A model generated the notes under the pieces. That model did no database searches and was not told where the DNA came from. It saw only the letters and a program-made list of their open reading frames with translations. A program made the translations under genes and the position numbers. A DNA stretch of 61,417 bases, taken from contig JALRKF010000006.1 in the NCBI GenBank assembly GCA_023254905.1, positions 1 to 61,417 of the forward strand, written 5' to 3'. This document shows positions 48,239 to 57,902 of the stretch, piece after piece. Position 1 is the stretch's first letter, and each line of letters begins with the position of its first letter. This DNA comes from Crocinitomicaceae bacterium. Its GTDB lineage: Bacteria > Bacteroidota > Bacteroidia > Flavobacteriales_D > Crocinitomicaceae.

Positions 48239-49512
48239 TGAATAGAGATGCTGCGATCTTTGATCTAATTAATGAAGAACGTCAGAGACAAACCCATGGT
48301 ATTGAATTGATTGCCTCGGAAAACTTTGTGAGCGACCAAGTTATGGAGGCTATGGGAAGTGTCCTCACTAATAAATATGCTGAGGGATTTCCAGGTAAAA
48401 GATACTATGGAGGTTGTGAGGTAGTAGACAAGGTGGAAATACTCGCTATTGAGAGACTTAAGAAATTATTCGGAGCAGAGTGGGCAAATGTACAGCCACA
48501 TTCTGGGTCTCAAGCAAATGCTGCTGTTTATCTTGCTTGCCTCAAACCTGGAGATAAGATTTTAGGATTTGATCTTTCACATGGAGGTCACCTAACACAC
48601 GGATCACCAGTAAATTTCTCAGGAAAGACCTACAAGACCTCGTTCTATGGTGTAAAGAAAGAGACCGGTTTTGTGGATTATGAGCAACTGGAAAAAACAG
48701 CATTGGAGGAAAAGCCTCAGTTGATTATTTGCGGTGCATCTGCATACAGTCGTGATTGGGATTATCAGAGAATTCGAAACATTGCAGATAAGGTAGGCGC
48801 CTTGGTGCTCGCTGACATTTCGCATCCTGCTGGTCTGATTGCTTCCGGAATTCTTCAAGACCCATTGAAACATTGTCATATTGTTACATCTACAACTCAC
48901 AAAACATTGAGAGGTCCAAGAGGAGGTGTGATTATGCTTGGCAATAACTTTGAAAATCCTTTTGGATTGAAATGGAATAATGGGAATTTAAAATCTATGG
49001 GAGCTTTATTAGATGCTGCTGTATTCCCTGGCTGTCAAGGAGGGCCATTAGAACATGTTATCGCTGCAAAAGCTATCGCCTTCGAGGAAGCTCTGAGCGA
49101 GGAATATAAAACTTACATGCATAAAGTCCAGCAGAACGCATCTGTCATGGCAGAAGAGTTAATTAACCTAGGATATAATATTATATCAGGAGGAACAGAT
49201 AATCACTCTATACTTATTGATCTTCGATCAAAAGGTGTAACAGGAAAAGATGCCGAGAATGGACTCGGTATTGCGGATATAACTGTGAATAAAAATATGG
49301 TGCCTTTTGATACCGAGTCTCCATTTGTTACTTCTGGTATACGAGTAGGTACTGCAGCTATTACAACACGTGGTGTTAATACAGATGATATCAAAGAAAT
49401 CGTTAAGCTCATTGATAAAGCAGTAGTAAATCATGGTAATGAAACTGTTCTCACTTCTGTCAAGGGTGATGTCAATGCATTAATGAGGAATAAGCCACTA
49501 TTCGTTTGGTAA
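48238..49512 (+). CDS. glyA: Serine hydroxymethyltransferase
   Basis: It shows [16 protein letters not shown] and [14 protein letters not shown] with the PLP lysine. The ATG at 48238 shares one base with the upstream TGA. A GTG at 48235 is an alternative start. Confidence 0.97.
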   Translation: MNRDAAIFDLINEERQRQTHGIELIASENFVSDQVMEAMGSVLTNKYAEGFPGKRYYGGCEVVDKVEILAIERLKKLFGAEWANVQPHSGSQANAAVYLACLKPGDKILGFDLSHGGHLTHGSPVNFSGKTYKTSFYGVKKETGFVDYEQLEKTALEEKPQLIICGASAYSRDWDYQRIRNIADKVGALVLADISHPAGLIASGILQDPLKHCHIVTSTTHKTLRGPRGGVIMLGNNFENPFGLKWNNGNLKSMGALLDAAVFPGCQGGPLEHVIAAKAIAFEEALSEEYKTYMHKVQQNASVMAEELINLGYNIISGGTDNHSILIDLRSKGVTGKDAENGLGIADITVNKNMVPFDTESPFVTSGIRVGTAAITTRGVNTDDIKEIVKLIDKAVVNHGNETVLTSVKGDVNALMRNKPLFVW

Positions 49513-49533
49513 AACAGCCAAACGCGAAAGAAT

Positions 49534-49561
49534 AAAAAAACCCGCACTTGCGGGTTTTTTT
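49534..49561. terminator. Bidirectional rho-independent terminator between convergent genes
   Basis: The sequence is AAAAAAA-CCCGC-ACTT-GCGGG-TTTTTTT, and the A/T runs extend the stem. Confidence 0.85.
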
Positions 49562-49574
49562 GTTAATTCTATTT

Positions 49575-49994
49575 TTAAAGGTCATCTGGAAGAGCGATGG
49601 ACTTGTAAGATTTTTTCTTAGGTTTAAGTTGGTCAATAAATACAACCTTAAACTTTTCACCATCCTCCGTAAAGATCATTTCGCTGATCCCATTAACAAT
49701 CAGTGCTGGCTCTTTTTGCTGATTATAAAATTTCTTCTCCATGAACTCATATGTGTTATCCTCGTACATTAGAAATACTGTTGAAATCGCACCGTTCTCT
49801 ACACGGACTTTACCCGATATACAGTAGGATGTTCCGTCCTCAAAGAAACTGATAATAACATTTCTATGCATGTCATCAGCAACTGCATTGGCTCCTCTCT
49901 CATCGAAAGCTTTTTGAAGTCTTAGGAAACAATCTTGTGAAAATCCTGTGGATACAGTTAAAAGTGTTAAAAGGGATAGTAAATATTTTTTCAT
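49575..49994 (-). CDS. Small secreted protein, unknown function
   Basis: 139 aa with the signal peptide MKKYLLSLLTLLTVSTGFSQ. Confidence 0.55.
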   Translation of the reverse strand: MKKYLLSLLTLLTVSTGFSQDCFLRLQKAFDERGANAVADDMHRNVIISFFEDGTSYCISGKVRVENGAISTVFLMYEDNTYEFMEKKFYNQQKEPALIVNGISEMIFTEDGEKFKVVFIDQLKPKKKSYKSIALPDDL

Positions 49995-50028
49995 GTTTTT
50001 TTTTGTTAGTGGAATAGACCGCTGTTGT

Positions 50029-50036
50029 CAAATATA
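50029..50036 (-). promoter_or_regulatory. -7 promoter box TATATTTG for the 139-aa secreted protein gene
   Basis: It is an exact TAnnTTTG on the minus strand, 34 nt upstream of the ATG at 49994. Confidence 0.4.
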
Positions 50037-50079
50037 GCAAGTTTGGTTTAAAATTTTTACCCGCTGTTTTATAATTCTT

Positions 50080-50087
50080 TATTTTTG
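50080..50087 (+). promoter_or_regulatory. -7 promoter box TATTTTTG for gmhA
   Basis: It is an exact TAnnTTTG, 15 nt upstream of the ATG at 50103. Confidence 0.45.
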
Positions 50088-50102
50088 AAAAAATCCGTTT
50101 AG

Positions 50103-50672
50103 ATGAACATTAAACAAATTGCAGACCAATTTTATGAGGCAAGTGAAATTTTGCAAAAATTTAACACCTCAGAAAATCATAAAAAAATCGCTGAGGCATC
50201 AGCAATAATGATTTCCAGCTTAAAAAATGATGGGAAAATAATAAGTTGTGGCAACGGAGGATCGATGTGTGATGCCATGCATTTTGCTGAAGAATTAACA
50301 GGTCGATTTCGAGACGAAAGATCCGCAATTCCTGCAATTTCAATTTCCGATCCGAGCCATATTTCATGCGTTGGAAACGATTACGGCTTCGAATTCATCT
50401 TTTCAAGATTCGTAGAGGGACTTGGTAGCAAAGGTGATGTTCTTTTAGCAATATCAACCTCTGGAAATTCTGCGAATGTAATTAATGCAATTTCAGCCGC
50501 AAAAGACAAAGGAATGAAAGTTATTGGTCTGACGGGAAAAGATGGTGGTAAAATGGCGGATCTTTGTGATGTAGAGATTAGAGCACCTCATAGTAGTCAT
50601 GCAGACCGTGCTCAGGAAATTCACATCAAGGTAATTCATAGTCTAATTTTAACCATCGAAAACGGAGTGTAA
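50103..50672 (+). CDS. gmhA: SIS-domain D-sedoheptulose-7-phosphate isomerase (GmhA/DiaA family)
   Basis: 189 aa with [26 protein letters not shown] and [10 protein letters not shown]. Confidence 0.8.
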   Translation: MNIKQIADQFYEASEILQKFNTSENHKKIAEASAIMISSLKNDGKIISCGNGGSMCDAMHFAEELTGRFRDERSAIPAISISDPSHISCVGNDYGFEFIFSRFVEGLGSKGDVLLAISTSGNSANVINAISAAKDKGMKVIGLTGKDGGKMADLCDVEIRAPHSSHADRAQEIHIKVIHSLILTIENGV

Positions 50673-50735
50673 ATAAGTTGTTGAAAAATACCTCCGAACA
50701 ACGCATTTTAGGCTAATCAATGTCCTTTATTTCAC

Positions 50736-50743
50736 TATTTTTG
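50736..50743 (+). promoter_or_regulatory. -7 promoter box TATTTTTG for the fur-STAS-purA operon
   Basis: It is an exact TAnnTTTG, 16 nt upstream of the ATG at 50760. Confidence 0.45.
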
Positions 50744-50759
50744 TCTTTTAGGAACTCCT

Positions 50760-51209
50760 ATGGTTCAAGAAGATCTTCAAGAAAAAGTAAAGAATATATT
50801 CTCCGCATATCTGGAGCAGAACGGGCATCGAAAAACACCAGAGAGGTTCGCCATACTCGCGGAGATTTATAACTATAATGGTCACTTCGATATTGAGTCA
50901 CTTTACGTGAAAATGAAAAATCAGAATTATCGTGTGTCTAGGGCAACACTCTATAACACAATAGAGTTATTATTGGCTTGTAACCTAGTAAGAAAACATC
51001 AGTTCGGTAAAAATATCGCACAGTTTGAAAAGGCGCATGGATCCAAACAACATGACCACGTACTATTAACGGATACAGGAGAACTGCTAGAATTCTGTGA
51101 TCCAAGAATCCAGACAATTAAGGCTACTATCGAGGATATATTTGATATAGAAATTCAACACCATTCACTTTACTTCTATGGTGTGAGAAAAAAGAAGAAA
51201 CAAAACTAA
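50760..51209 (+). CDS. fur: Fur family transcriptional regulator
   Basis: 149 aa. It has a winged-helix segment ([15 protein letters not shown]...[13 protein letters not shown]) and a C-terminal HHDH.../C..P metal-site region. Confidence 0.8.
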   Translation: MVQEDLQEKVKNIFSAYLEQNGHRKTPERFAILAEIYNYNGHFDIESLYVKMKNQNYRVSRATLYNTIELLLACNLVRKHQFGKNIAQFEKAHGSKQHDHVLLTDTGELLEFCDPRIQTIKATIEDIFDIEIQHHSLYFYGVRKKKKQN

Positions 51210-51211
51210 CC

Positions 51212-51565
51212 TTGAATCTCTCTTACAAAATACAATTTGATGATCCCGTTATCATATACCATATGGAGGGGAAGATAATTACAGATTTAGATTATGAAAT
51301 GCTGGAGCGTGAAGTATTCGATCATATGAACAAGAACTACTTTAGAGTAGTTTTTGATCTGACTAATTTAACACACACTAATTCTTCCGGTATTGCGTTT
51401 TTCATGAGAACTCTTACCAAAGCAAGAATCATGGGGGGTGAATTGATCCTAATCAATCTGAATGGCAACGTAGAGAAGATATTTAAAGTAGCAAAACTCA
51501 CAGAGGTATATACCCTCTGTGAAAATCTTGAACAAGCAACACAACATTTTAAAGATTTACAATGA
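51212..51565 (+). CDS. STAS-domain protein (anti-sigma-factor-antagonist fold)
   Basis: 117 aa starting from a TTG at 51212. VVFDLTNLTHTNSSGIAFFMR and GELILINLNGNVEKIFKVAKL match the SpoIIAA-like STAS core. The first beta strand precedes the first ATG, so the non-ATG start is needed. Confidence 0.7.
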   Translation: MNLSYKIQFDDPVIIYHMEGKIITDLDYEMLEREVFDHMNKNYFRVVFDLTNLTHTNSSGIAFFMRTLTKARIMGGELILINLNGNVEKIFKVAKLTEVYTLCENLEQATQHFKDLQ

Positions 51566-52842
51566 AAGTAGATGTATTACTTGGTTTACAGTGGGGAGAC
51601 GAAGGAAAAGGTAAGATCGTAGATGTTCTTACACCCAAATACGATATAATTGCACGTTTTCAAGGTGGACCTAATGCAGGCCACACATTAGAGTTTGAAG
51701 GTATCAAACATGTGCTACATACGATTCCATCAGGTATTTTTAGAAATGATGTTCTGAATGTAGTAGGAAACGGTGTTGTAATTGACCCCGTTATCTTTAA
51801 TCAAGAACTTGATAAACTCCGTCCCTTTAACATTAATCTGAAAGAAAGACTCTTAATTTCTAAGAAAGCACATCTTATACTTCCAACTCATAGACTTCTT
51901 GATGCTGCATCAGAAGCGGCTAAGGGGAAAAATAAAATTGGCTCAACACTTAAAGGAATTGGTCCAACTTACATGGATAAAACAGGGCGCAATGGATTGC
52001 GTGTAGGAGACATATTCTCTCCGAACTTTGAAAAGAAGTATCGCATTCTTGTTGAAAAGCATGAGAATATTCTAAAACATTACAGTAATTACAAATACGA
52101 TCTTTCAGAATTTGAAAAACCTTGGTTGGAGGCTGTAGCAAAATTAAAAGAACTTACAGTCATCGATAGTGAGCAATATTTGAATGATGCCTTAAAAAAT
52201 GGAAAAAAGATCCTAGCAGAAGGGGCACAAGGGACTCTACTAGATATTGATTTTGGAACATACCCTTTTGTTACATCTTCGAATACTGTGACAGCAGGAA
52301 CATGCACTGGTTTGGGTGTTGCACCGACCAAAATTGGAAGTGTTATTGGTATTTTCAAAGCTTACTGTACTCGAGTAGGAAGTGGACCTTTTCCAACAGA
52401 ATTACATGATGAAGATGGAGAATTGATCCGTAAAGAAGGTCGTGAATTTGGCGCAACAACGGGCCGACCTAGAAGATGTGGATGGATTGACTTACCTGCC
52501 TTGAAATATGCAATTATGATTAACGGAGTAACGGAACTTTCGATGATGAAAGCCGATGTACTAGGTCCATTTGAAAAAATCAAAGTTTGTACACACTATA
52601 TGATTGACGGTGAAAAGGTTGAATATTTACCATATGATGTTACCGATTTAGAGATTATACCTGTTTATGAAGAATTGGAGGGTTGGAATTGTGATCTTAC
52701 TGCTCTTAATAGTTACGATGATTCTCCAAGACAACTCAAGGATTACGTAACATATTTGGAACAGAATTTGGGAGTTCCCATAAGCGTAGTCTCGGTAGGA
52801 CCAGATAGGAAGCAAACGTTAAGTAACAAAGTACTTGTTTGA
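51562..52842 (+). CDS. purA: Adenylosuccinate synthetase
   Basis: 426 aa with GLQWGDEGKGKIVD, GGPNAGHT, GIGPTY, GTTGRPRRCGW. Confidence 0.97.
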   Translation: MKVDVLLGLQWGDEGKGKIVDVLTPKYDIIARFQGGPNAGHTLEFEGIKHVLHTIPSGIFRNDVLNVVGNGVVIDPVIFNQELDKLRPFNINLKERLLISKKAHLILPTHRLLDAASEAAKGKNKIGSTLKGIGPTYMDKTGRNGLRVGDIFSPNFEKKYRILVEKHENILKHYSNYKYDLSEFEKPWLEAVAKLKELTVIDSEQYLNDALKNGKKILAEGAQGTLLDIDFGTYPFVTSSNTVTAGTCTGLGVAPTKIGSVIGIFKAYCTRVGSGPFPTELHDEDGELIRKEGREFGATTGRPRRCGWIDLPALKYAIMINGVTELSMMKADVLGPFEKIKVCTHYMIDGEKVEYLPYDVTDLEIIPVYEELEGWNCDLTALNSYDDSPRQLKDYVTYLEQNLGVPISVVSVGPDRKQTLSNKVLV

Positions 52843-52862
52843 AGCAATTAATTAACATAGCT

Positions 52863-54377
52863 ATGAAAAGTGCGCTCATAAGCGCACTTTTTTTCGCTAC
52901 ACCCCTAACTTTCGGTCAAAACGGTAAATTAAAGTTATTACCTGGCTCGAAAATATTAGAATTCGACCAACGTACATCCACCTATAAACTTATTGGAAAT
53001 GTGCGTTTTGAATACCAACAAAATACAATGTTTTGTGACTCTGCTTATTTTAATGAAAATACGGAAATTGTAAAAGCCTTCGGTAAGGTTCATATTAATA
53101 AACGTGATACATTAAATCTCTTCTGTGATTCGTTGCTATTCAATGGGAAAACGCAGAAAGCAAAACTATGGAGTAATGTCAGACTCAGAGATAAAGAGTA
53201 TAAGCTCTCCACGGATACTCTCGATTACGATACAAAGATTGGACAAGCTCATTACCACCATGGAGGTCGAGTTGAAAGTATCATATCAAATGAGATTTTG
53301 ACAAGTCGAGTAGGATATCTTAATCCCGAAACAAAGAACTTCATTTTCAGTAAAGATGTTTCGTACAAAGGCGAGAATTTAGAAATGACCACAGATACAC
53401 TGCGCTACCTATACAGTAAGAATACCACTTACTTTTACGGCCCAACCAACATATTCACTGAGGATGCTGAAATGTTCTGTGAGACTGGAGAGTATAACGT
53501 TAAAACTGGCAAAGGTTCTCTAATTGGAAATGCCTCTATATCAAGGAGCTCAGACTTCACGTCCGGAGATACACTTATTTATCATCCTAATGAAGGTTAC
53601 TCCGAAGCAAAAGGTAACGTCCGGTATATAGATTCTTTAGAGAACTTGAGATTTCGGGGGGAATACGCTTTTAACTCAGATAGTCTTAGCTTCAGTTTTC
53701 TGACAGGCAATGCAATTGCAGAGAAACAATTGGATAATGATACATTATTCATCCATGCAGATACCTTGTATAACGAAAAGATGGACTCAACTACCAAAAT
53801 GAAGGCATTTCATAATGCAATGCTCTTTTCAAATGAATTCCAGTGTAAGGCAGATAGTATGGTTTTTGAGCAAGACAGCAATAGAATAGAACTTTTTAAA
53901 AACCCTATAGTTTGGTCCAATGAAGCGGAACTGAAAGGAAGACGGATAAGACTTCAGGTAAATGACAGTCTTATCGAAAAAGCCTTCATAATGCAAGATG
54001 CATCTATAGTTATGGAAGTGGAAAAAGAAAAGTACTACAATCAAGTCTATGGTAAGGAAATCACAGCTTATTTTGAAAAAAAAGGCATACGACAAGCCAA
54101 CGTACAAGGCAATGCAATCACCATCTTCTATCCGGTTGACGAGGAAGTTACAGATTCAACAATTATAAAAAAGCGTATGGGAATGAATCGCTTGTACTCA
54201 AGTTCTCTTGATATCAAAATCGACAGTAATGAGATTGAAAGTATTACTTATAACAATGAACCAGATGGTGTCTTTTATCCTATAGATCAAATCAAGGAAG
54301 ACGAACAATTTGTTCCTAATTTCACTTGGAAAATAGCCTTAAGGCCAAAAAAAATCGAGGATCTGCTTAACGACTAA
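52863..54377 (+). CDS. OstA-like (LptA/LptD N-terminal fold) repeat protein, secreted
   Basis: The ATG at 52863 gives the signal peptide MKSALISALFFATPLTFGQ. The track start at 52839 is a TTG overlapping the purA stop. Repeated OstA-type beta-jellyroll segments are present (GNVRF...A...Y, GNV.Y). Confidence 0.7.
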   Translation: MKSALISALFFATPLTFGQNGKLKLLPGSKILEFDQRTSTYKLIGNVRFEYQQNTMFCDSAYFNENTEIVKAFGKVHINKRDTLNLFCDSLLFNGKTQKAKLWSNVRLRDKEYKLSTDTLDYDTKIGQAHYHHGGRVESIISNEILTSRVGYLNPETKNFIFSKDVSYKGENLEMTTDTLRYLYSKNTTYFYGPTNIFTEDAEMFCETGEYNVKTGKGSLIGNASISRSSDFTSGDTLIYHPNEGYSEAKGNVRYIDSLENLRFRGEYAFNSDSLSFSFLTGNAIAEKQLDNDTLFIHADTLYNEKMDSTTKMKAFHNAMLFSNEFQCKADSMVFEQDSNRIELFKNPIVWSNEAELKGRRIRLQVNDSLIEKAFIMQDASIVMEVEKEKYYNQVYGKEITAYFEKKGIRQANVQGNAITIFYPVDEEVTDSTIIKKRMGMNRLYSSSLDIKIDSNEIESITYNNEPDGVFYPIDQIKEDEQFVPNFTWKIALRPKKIEDLLND

Positions 54378-54379
54378 AT

Positions 54380-56602
54380 CTAATTATCTTCCTTCATCAT
54401 CTTGCGCTCAACACGCTGAACGCCCTCGACTTGCTCAAACTTTCGCATTAATTGATCTAAATGCTCCGTATCATAAACCAATACTTTCAGATGCCCTTCA
54501 AAAATTCCATCGTCCGTTTCAAACGAAATAGATTTCATATTGACATTGTGCTGATTAGAGACTATCTCAGTAAGCTTATTTACTATTCCTAATCTATCAA
54601 TTCCGTACACTGTAATTGCAGCAATATTTTCCTTGAGCTCTTCACTTTTCCAACTCGCTTTAATGCATCGATAAGCCATTTTAGACATAAGATGCTCAGC
54701 ATTTGGACAGCTTGTTCGATGAATTTTGATTCCTTCATTAATCGTTATGAAACCAAAAACCTTATCCCCAGGAATTGGGTTGCAACATTGTGATAATTTG
54801 TATTCTATATTTTTGAAATCTTCTCCGATGAAAATGACATCAGACTTTTTATCTACCTTTTTATAGACATCCGTATCTTTCCTTTTTCGAGTTGACGGCT
54901 TTTTTTGATCTTGAATTAACCCATTTTTGACTTCAAAATCACGCAATCTTGAAAGATCTAACTTTCCTTTTGCAATTCGGAAATATAATTCCGTTGCAGA
55001 TGGTACTTTATAAAATCTCTCGAGTTTTGAAATATTCTCTGAAACAAAATTGATATTCAAATGTCTAAATTTTCGATCTAATATCTCTTTACCATCTTGA
55101 GCGATCATTTTTCTCTCCTCATTCAACGAAGATTTTATCTTTTGCTTCGCACGAGCAGAAACTACAAAACGGAGCCATTCATCATTTGGTTTTTGCTTGG
55201 GGGAGCGGATAATATCCACCTGATCGCCACTATTTAACTGATAACTTAGTGGAACTAAACGATTATTTACTTTTGCTCCAATGCAACTATTTCCTATATC
55301 AGTATGTATATCATAGGCAAAATCAAGTATCGTTGAACCAGTGGGAAGAACACGCAAATCCCCTTTGGGAGTGAAGACATAGATCTCATCATTAAATAAA
55401 TTCAACTTAAACTCGTTAATGAAATCCATGGCGTTGACATCCGGGTTTTCAAGTAACTCCCTTATCTCACCAATCCATCTATCAAACTTGGATTCGCCAC
55501 TCTTTGACTCTTTATATTTGTAATGTGCCGCCAGTCCCTTCTCTGCAACCTCATCCATTCGTTCAGTTCGAATTTGCACTTCAACCCATTTCCCTGTTGG
55601 AGACATTACGGTGGTATGTAATGATTCGTATCCATTTGCCCTAGGTGTAGAAATCCAATCTCTTAATCTATCCGGTGATGGTTGATAAAAATCTGTTACT
55701 ATACTATATACGCGCCAGCAATCAGGCTTTTCTAATTCTTGGGGCGTTTCAAGAATAATACGAATTGCGAAAACATCGTAAACCTCATCAAAGGGAATAC
55801 CTTTAGTTTTCATCTTCTTCCAAATAGAAGGTATACTCTTCGTTCTAGCTTTTACCTTGAAAACATACCCCTCTCGCAACAGGGCCTCTCGTATAGGTGC
55901 TGTAAACCTACGTATGAACCTATTACGGACATCTTTTGTAGATTTTAATTTATCTTCAATTTCTTGATGAACTTCTGGTTCCGTGTATTTAAAGGCTAAA
56001 TCTTCTAGCTCTGATTTAACAGAGTATAAACCTAACCTATGTGCCAAAGGAGCATACAAAAATTTTGTTTCTGAGGCTATTTTAATTTGCTTATCACTGC
56101 GCATGCTTCCGAGTGTGCGCATGTTGTGTAAACGATCCGCTAGTTTTATGAGAACCACTCTAAGGTCATCAGAAATGGTTAACACCATTTTACGAAAGTT
56201 CTCCGCCTGAACTGAAGCGTTCTCATCAAAAACCTCAGGGATTTTTGTTAATCCATCAATGATTAATCGTACTTTCTCACCAAATAAATCTTCAATATCA
56301 TCTAGTGTAATATGCGTATCCTCTACTGTATCATGAAGTAATGCGCAGACAACAGAAGTTGCACCTAACCCCATATCCTCAGCACAGATTCGTGCGACTG
56401 CAATAGGATGATAGATATAAGGTTCTCCAGATTTACGACGCATATCCTTATGTGCATCAACTGCAACATCGAATGCCTTGCGAATAAATTTTGTATCTTC
56501 TTTACTTCGATCTTGTACAGTGCGCAGGAGTCCTCGAAAGGCATTCAAAATTTCCTTTCTTTCCTTCTCAAGGTCAATATTCGGAAACTTCTCTGTACTC
56601 AT
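54380..56602 (-). CDS. relA/spoT: Bifunctional RelA/SpoT homologue ((p)ppGpp synthetase/hydrolase) with TGS and ACT domains
   Basis: 740 aa. It has the HD hydrolase motif (HPIAVA...LLHDTVEDT), the synthetase motifs (YESLHTTV, EVQIRT), a TGS domain (VFTPKGD) and a C-terminal ACT domain. Confidence 0.95.
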   Translation of the reverse strand: MSTEKFPNIDLEKERKEILNAFRGLLRTVQDRSKEDTKFIRKAFDVAVDAHKDMRRKSGEPYIYHPIAVARICAEDMGLGATSVVCALLHDTVEDTHITLDDIEDLFGEKVRLIIDGLTKIPEVFDENASVQAENFRKMVLTISDDLRVVLIKLADRLHNMRTLGSMRSDKQIKIASETKFLYAPLAHRLGLYSVKSELEDLAFKYTEPEVHQEIEDKLKSTKDVRNRFIRRFTAPIREALLREGYVFKVKARTKSIPSIWKKMKTKGIPFDEVYDVFAIRIILETPQELEKPDCWRVYSIVTDFYQPSPDRLRDWISTPRANGYESLHTTVMSPTGKWVEVQIRTERMDEVAEKGLAAHYKYKESKSGESKFDRWIGEIRELLENPDVNAMDFINEFKLNLFNDEIYVFTPKGDLRVLPTGSTILDFAYDIHTDIGNSCIGAKVNNRLVPLSYQLNSGDQVDIIRSPKQKPNDEWLRFVVSARAKQKIKSSLNEERKMIAQDGKEILDRKFRHLNINFVSENISKLERFYKVPSATELYFRIAKGKLDLSRLRDFEVKNGLIQDQKKPSTRKRKDTDVYKKVDKKSDVIFIGEDFKNIEYKLSQCCNPIPGDKVFGFITINEGIKIHRTSCPNAEHLMSKMAYRCIKASWKSEELKENIAAITVYGIDRLGIVNKLTEIVSNQHNVNMKSISFETDDGIFEGHLKVLVYDTEHLDQLMRKFEQVEGVQRVERKMMKEDN

Positions 56603-57876
56603 TACTTCGCGGGTAGGACTTTCGTTGAAACTTCACCGAATCCAATACGAATTCCATTTTTTTGCGAATATCCACGCATGATTACTGTATCGTTATCTTG
56701 GATAAACTTTCTTTCTGAGCCATCACTCATCGGTAATGGTTTCGTTCCTTTCCAAGAAAGCTCTAACATGGAACCATAAGAATCTGGTGTTGGACCAGAA
56801 ATTGTTCCAGACCCCATTAAGTCTCCGGCACGAACATTACAACCATTCACTGTATGGTGAGCCAGTTGCTGTGCCATATTCCAGTACATATACTTAAAGT
56901 TCGAATTACAGATACTCGTCTCTTGATCGCTCTCCGTCCTTATTGCCACCTCTAGATTAATATCATATGATTTTTGACCCGAATATTTTAAATAAGAAAG
57001 CACTTCAGGTTCTTGTGTTGGTCCTTCAACTTTATACGGTTCAAGAGCATCTAGTGTGACTATCCACGCTGAAATCGAAGAGGCAAAATTCTTTGCAAGG
57101 AATGGCCCTAAAGGAACATATTCCCATTTTTGAATATCGCGAGCAGACCAGTCATTGAAAAGAACCATCCCGAAAATATAGTCTTCGGCCTCATCTGTGG
57201 AAATTGATTCACCAAGATTTTTGCCATCATAGGTAATAAATGCCATCTCTAATTCAAAATCTAGCAAGCGACAAGGAGCAAATATTGGGTCTTCATCATC
57301 TGAAGGCTTAATCTGTCCTTTTGGACGATGAATTTCTTGACCTGAAAGAATTATAGAACTCGCCCTACCGTGGTATCCTACAGGAATCCATAACCAATTT
57401 GGTAAAAGTGCATTGTTTGGATCTCGAAACATAGTTCCTACGTTAGTTGCATGCTCCCTACTTGAATAGAAATCCGTGTAATCTCCAATTCGAACAGGCA
57501 TCATCATTTCTACACTTGATGCAGGTATCAATACCTGGTCAACATGGTGTTGATTTGCTTTTAAATCCTCAAAATTGGAAGAAAATAATTTCGACAATCT
57601 GTTTCTCAGTTTTCTTGTTCCATCCTTACCCTGCTTCATCAAATCATTCAATGAATCAGAATCAAAATCGTCAAGTGTGAACGGAAGATTCTCGAGATAC
57701 CCCAGAACATACAGTGTCTTTAAATCAATGACCATATCACCAATTCTACTTCCCACACGAGGTGTCAAATTCCTTGAATTAAAAACACCAAATGGTAAAT
57801 TTTGAATAGGAAAATCACTTCCCACGGGTACCTCTACCCATGACTTTAATAAAGGGTTATTTGCCTCTATACTCAT
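56602..57876 (-). CDS. Fumarylacetoacetase (FAH, EC 3.7.1.2 type with FAH N-terminal domain)
   Basis: 424 aa. It shows SDFPIQNLPFGVF, DYTDFYSSREHATNVG, GYHGRASS, FGMVLFNDWSARDIQ and GDLMGSGTISG. Confidence 0.9.
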   Translation of the reverse strand: MSIEANNPLLKSWVEVPVGSDFPIQNLPFGVFNSRNLTPRVGSRIGDMVIDLKTLYVLGYLENLPFTLDDFDSDSLNDLMKQGKDGTRKLRNRLSKLFSSNFEDLKANQHHVDQVLIPASSVEMMMPVRIGDYTDFYSSREHATNVGTMFRDPNNALLPNWLWIPVGYHGRASSIILSGQEIHRPKGQIKPSDDEDPIFAPCRLLDFELEMAFITYDGKNLGESISTDEAEDYIFGMVLFNDWSARDIQKWEYVPLGPFLAKNFASSISAWIVTLDALEPYKVEGPTQEPEVLSYLKYSGQKSYDINLEVAIRTESDQETSICNSNFKYMYWNMAQQLAHHTVNGCNVRAGDLMGSGTISGPTPDSYGSMLELSWKGTKPLPMSDGSERKFIQDNDTVIMRGYSQKNGIRIGFGEVSTKVLPAK

Positions 57877-57902
57877 AATAAAAACTGTCTTTACTTTCTA
57901 AA

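Noticed and set aside
50673-50700. A possible hairpin (GTTGTT...AACAAC) after gmhA
   Set aside because: It has only a 6-bp AT-containing stem with a 14-nt loop and no T-run, which is too weak to call a terminator.
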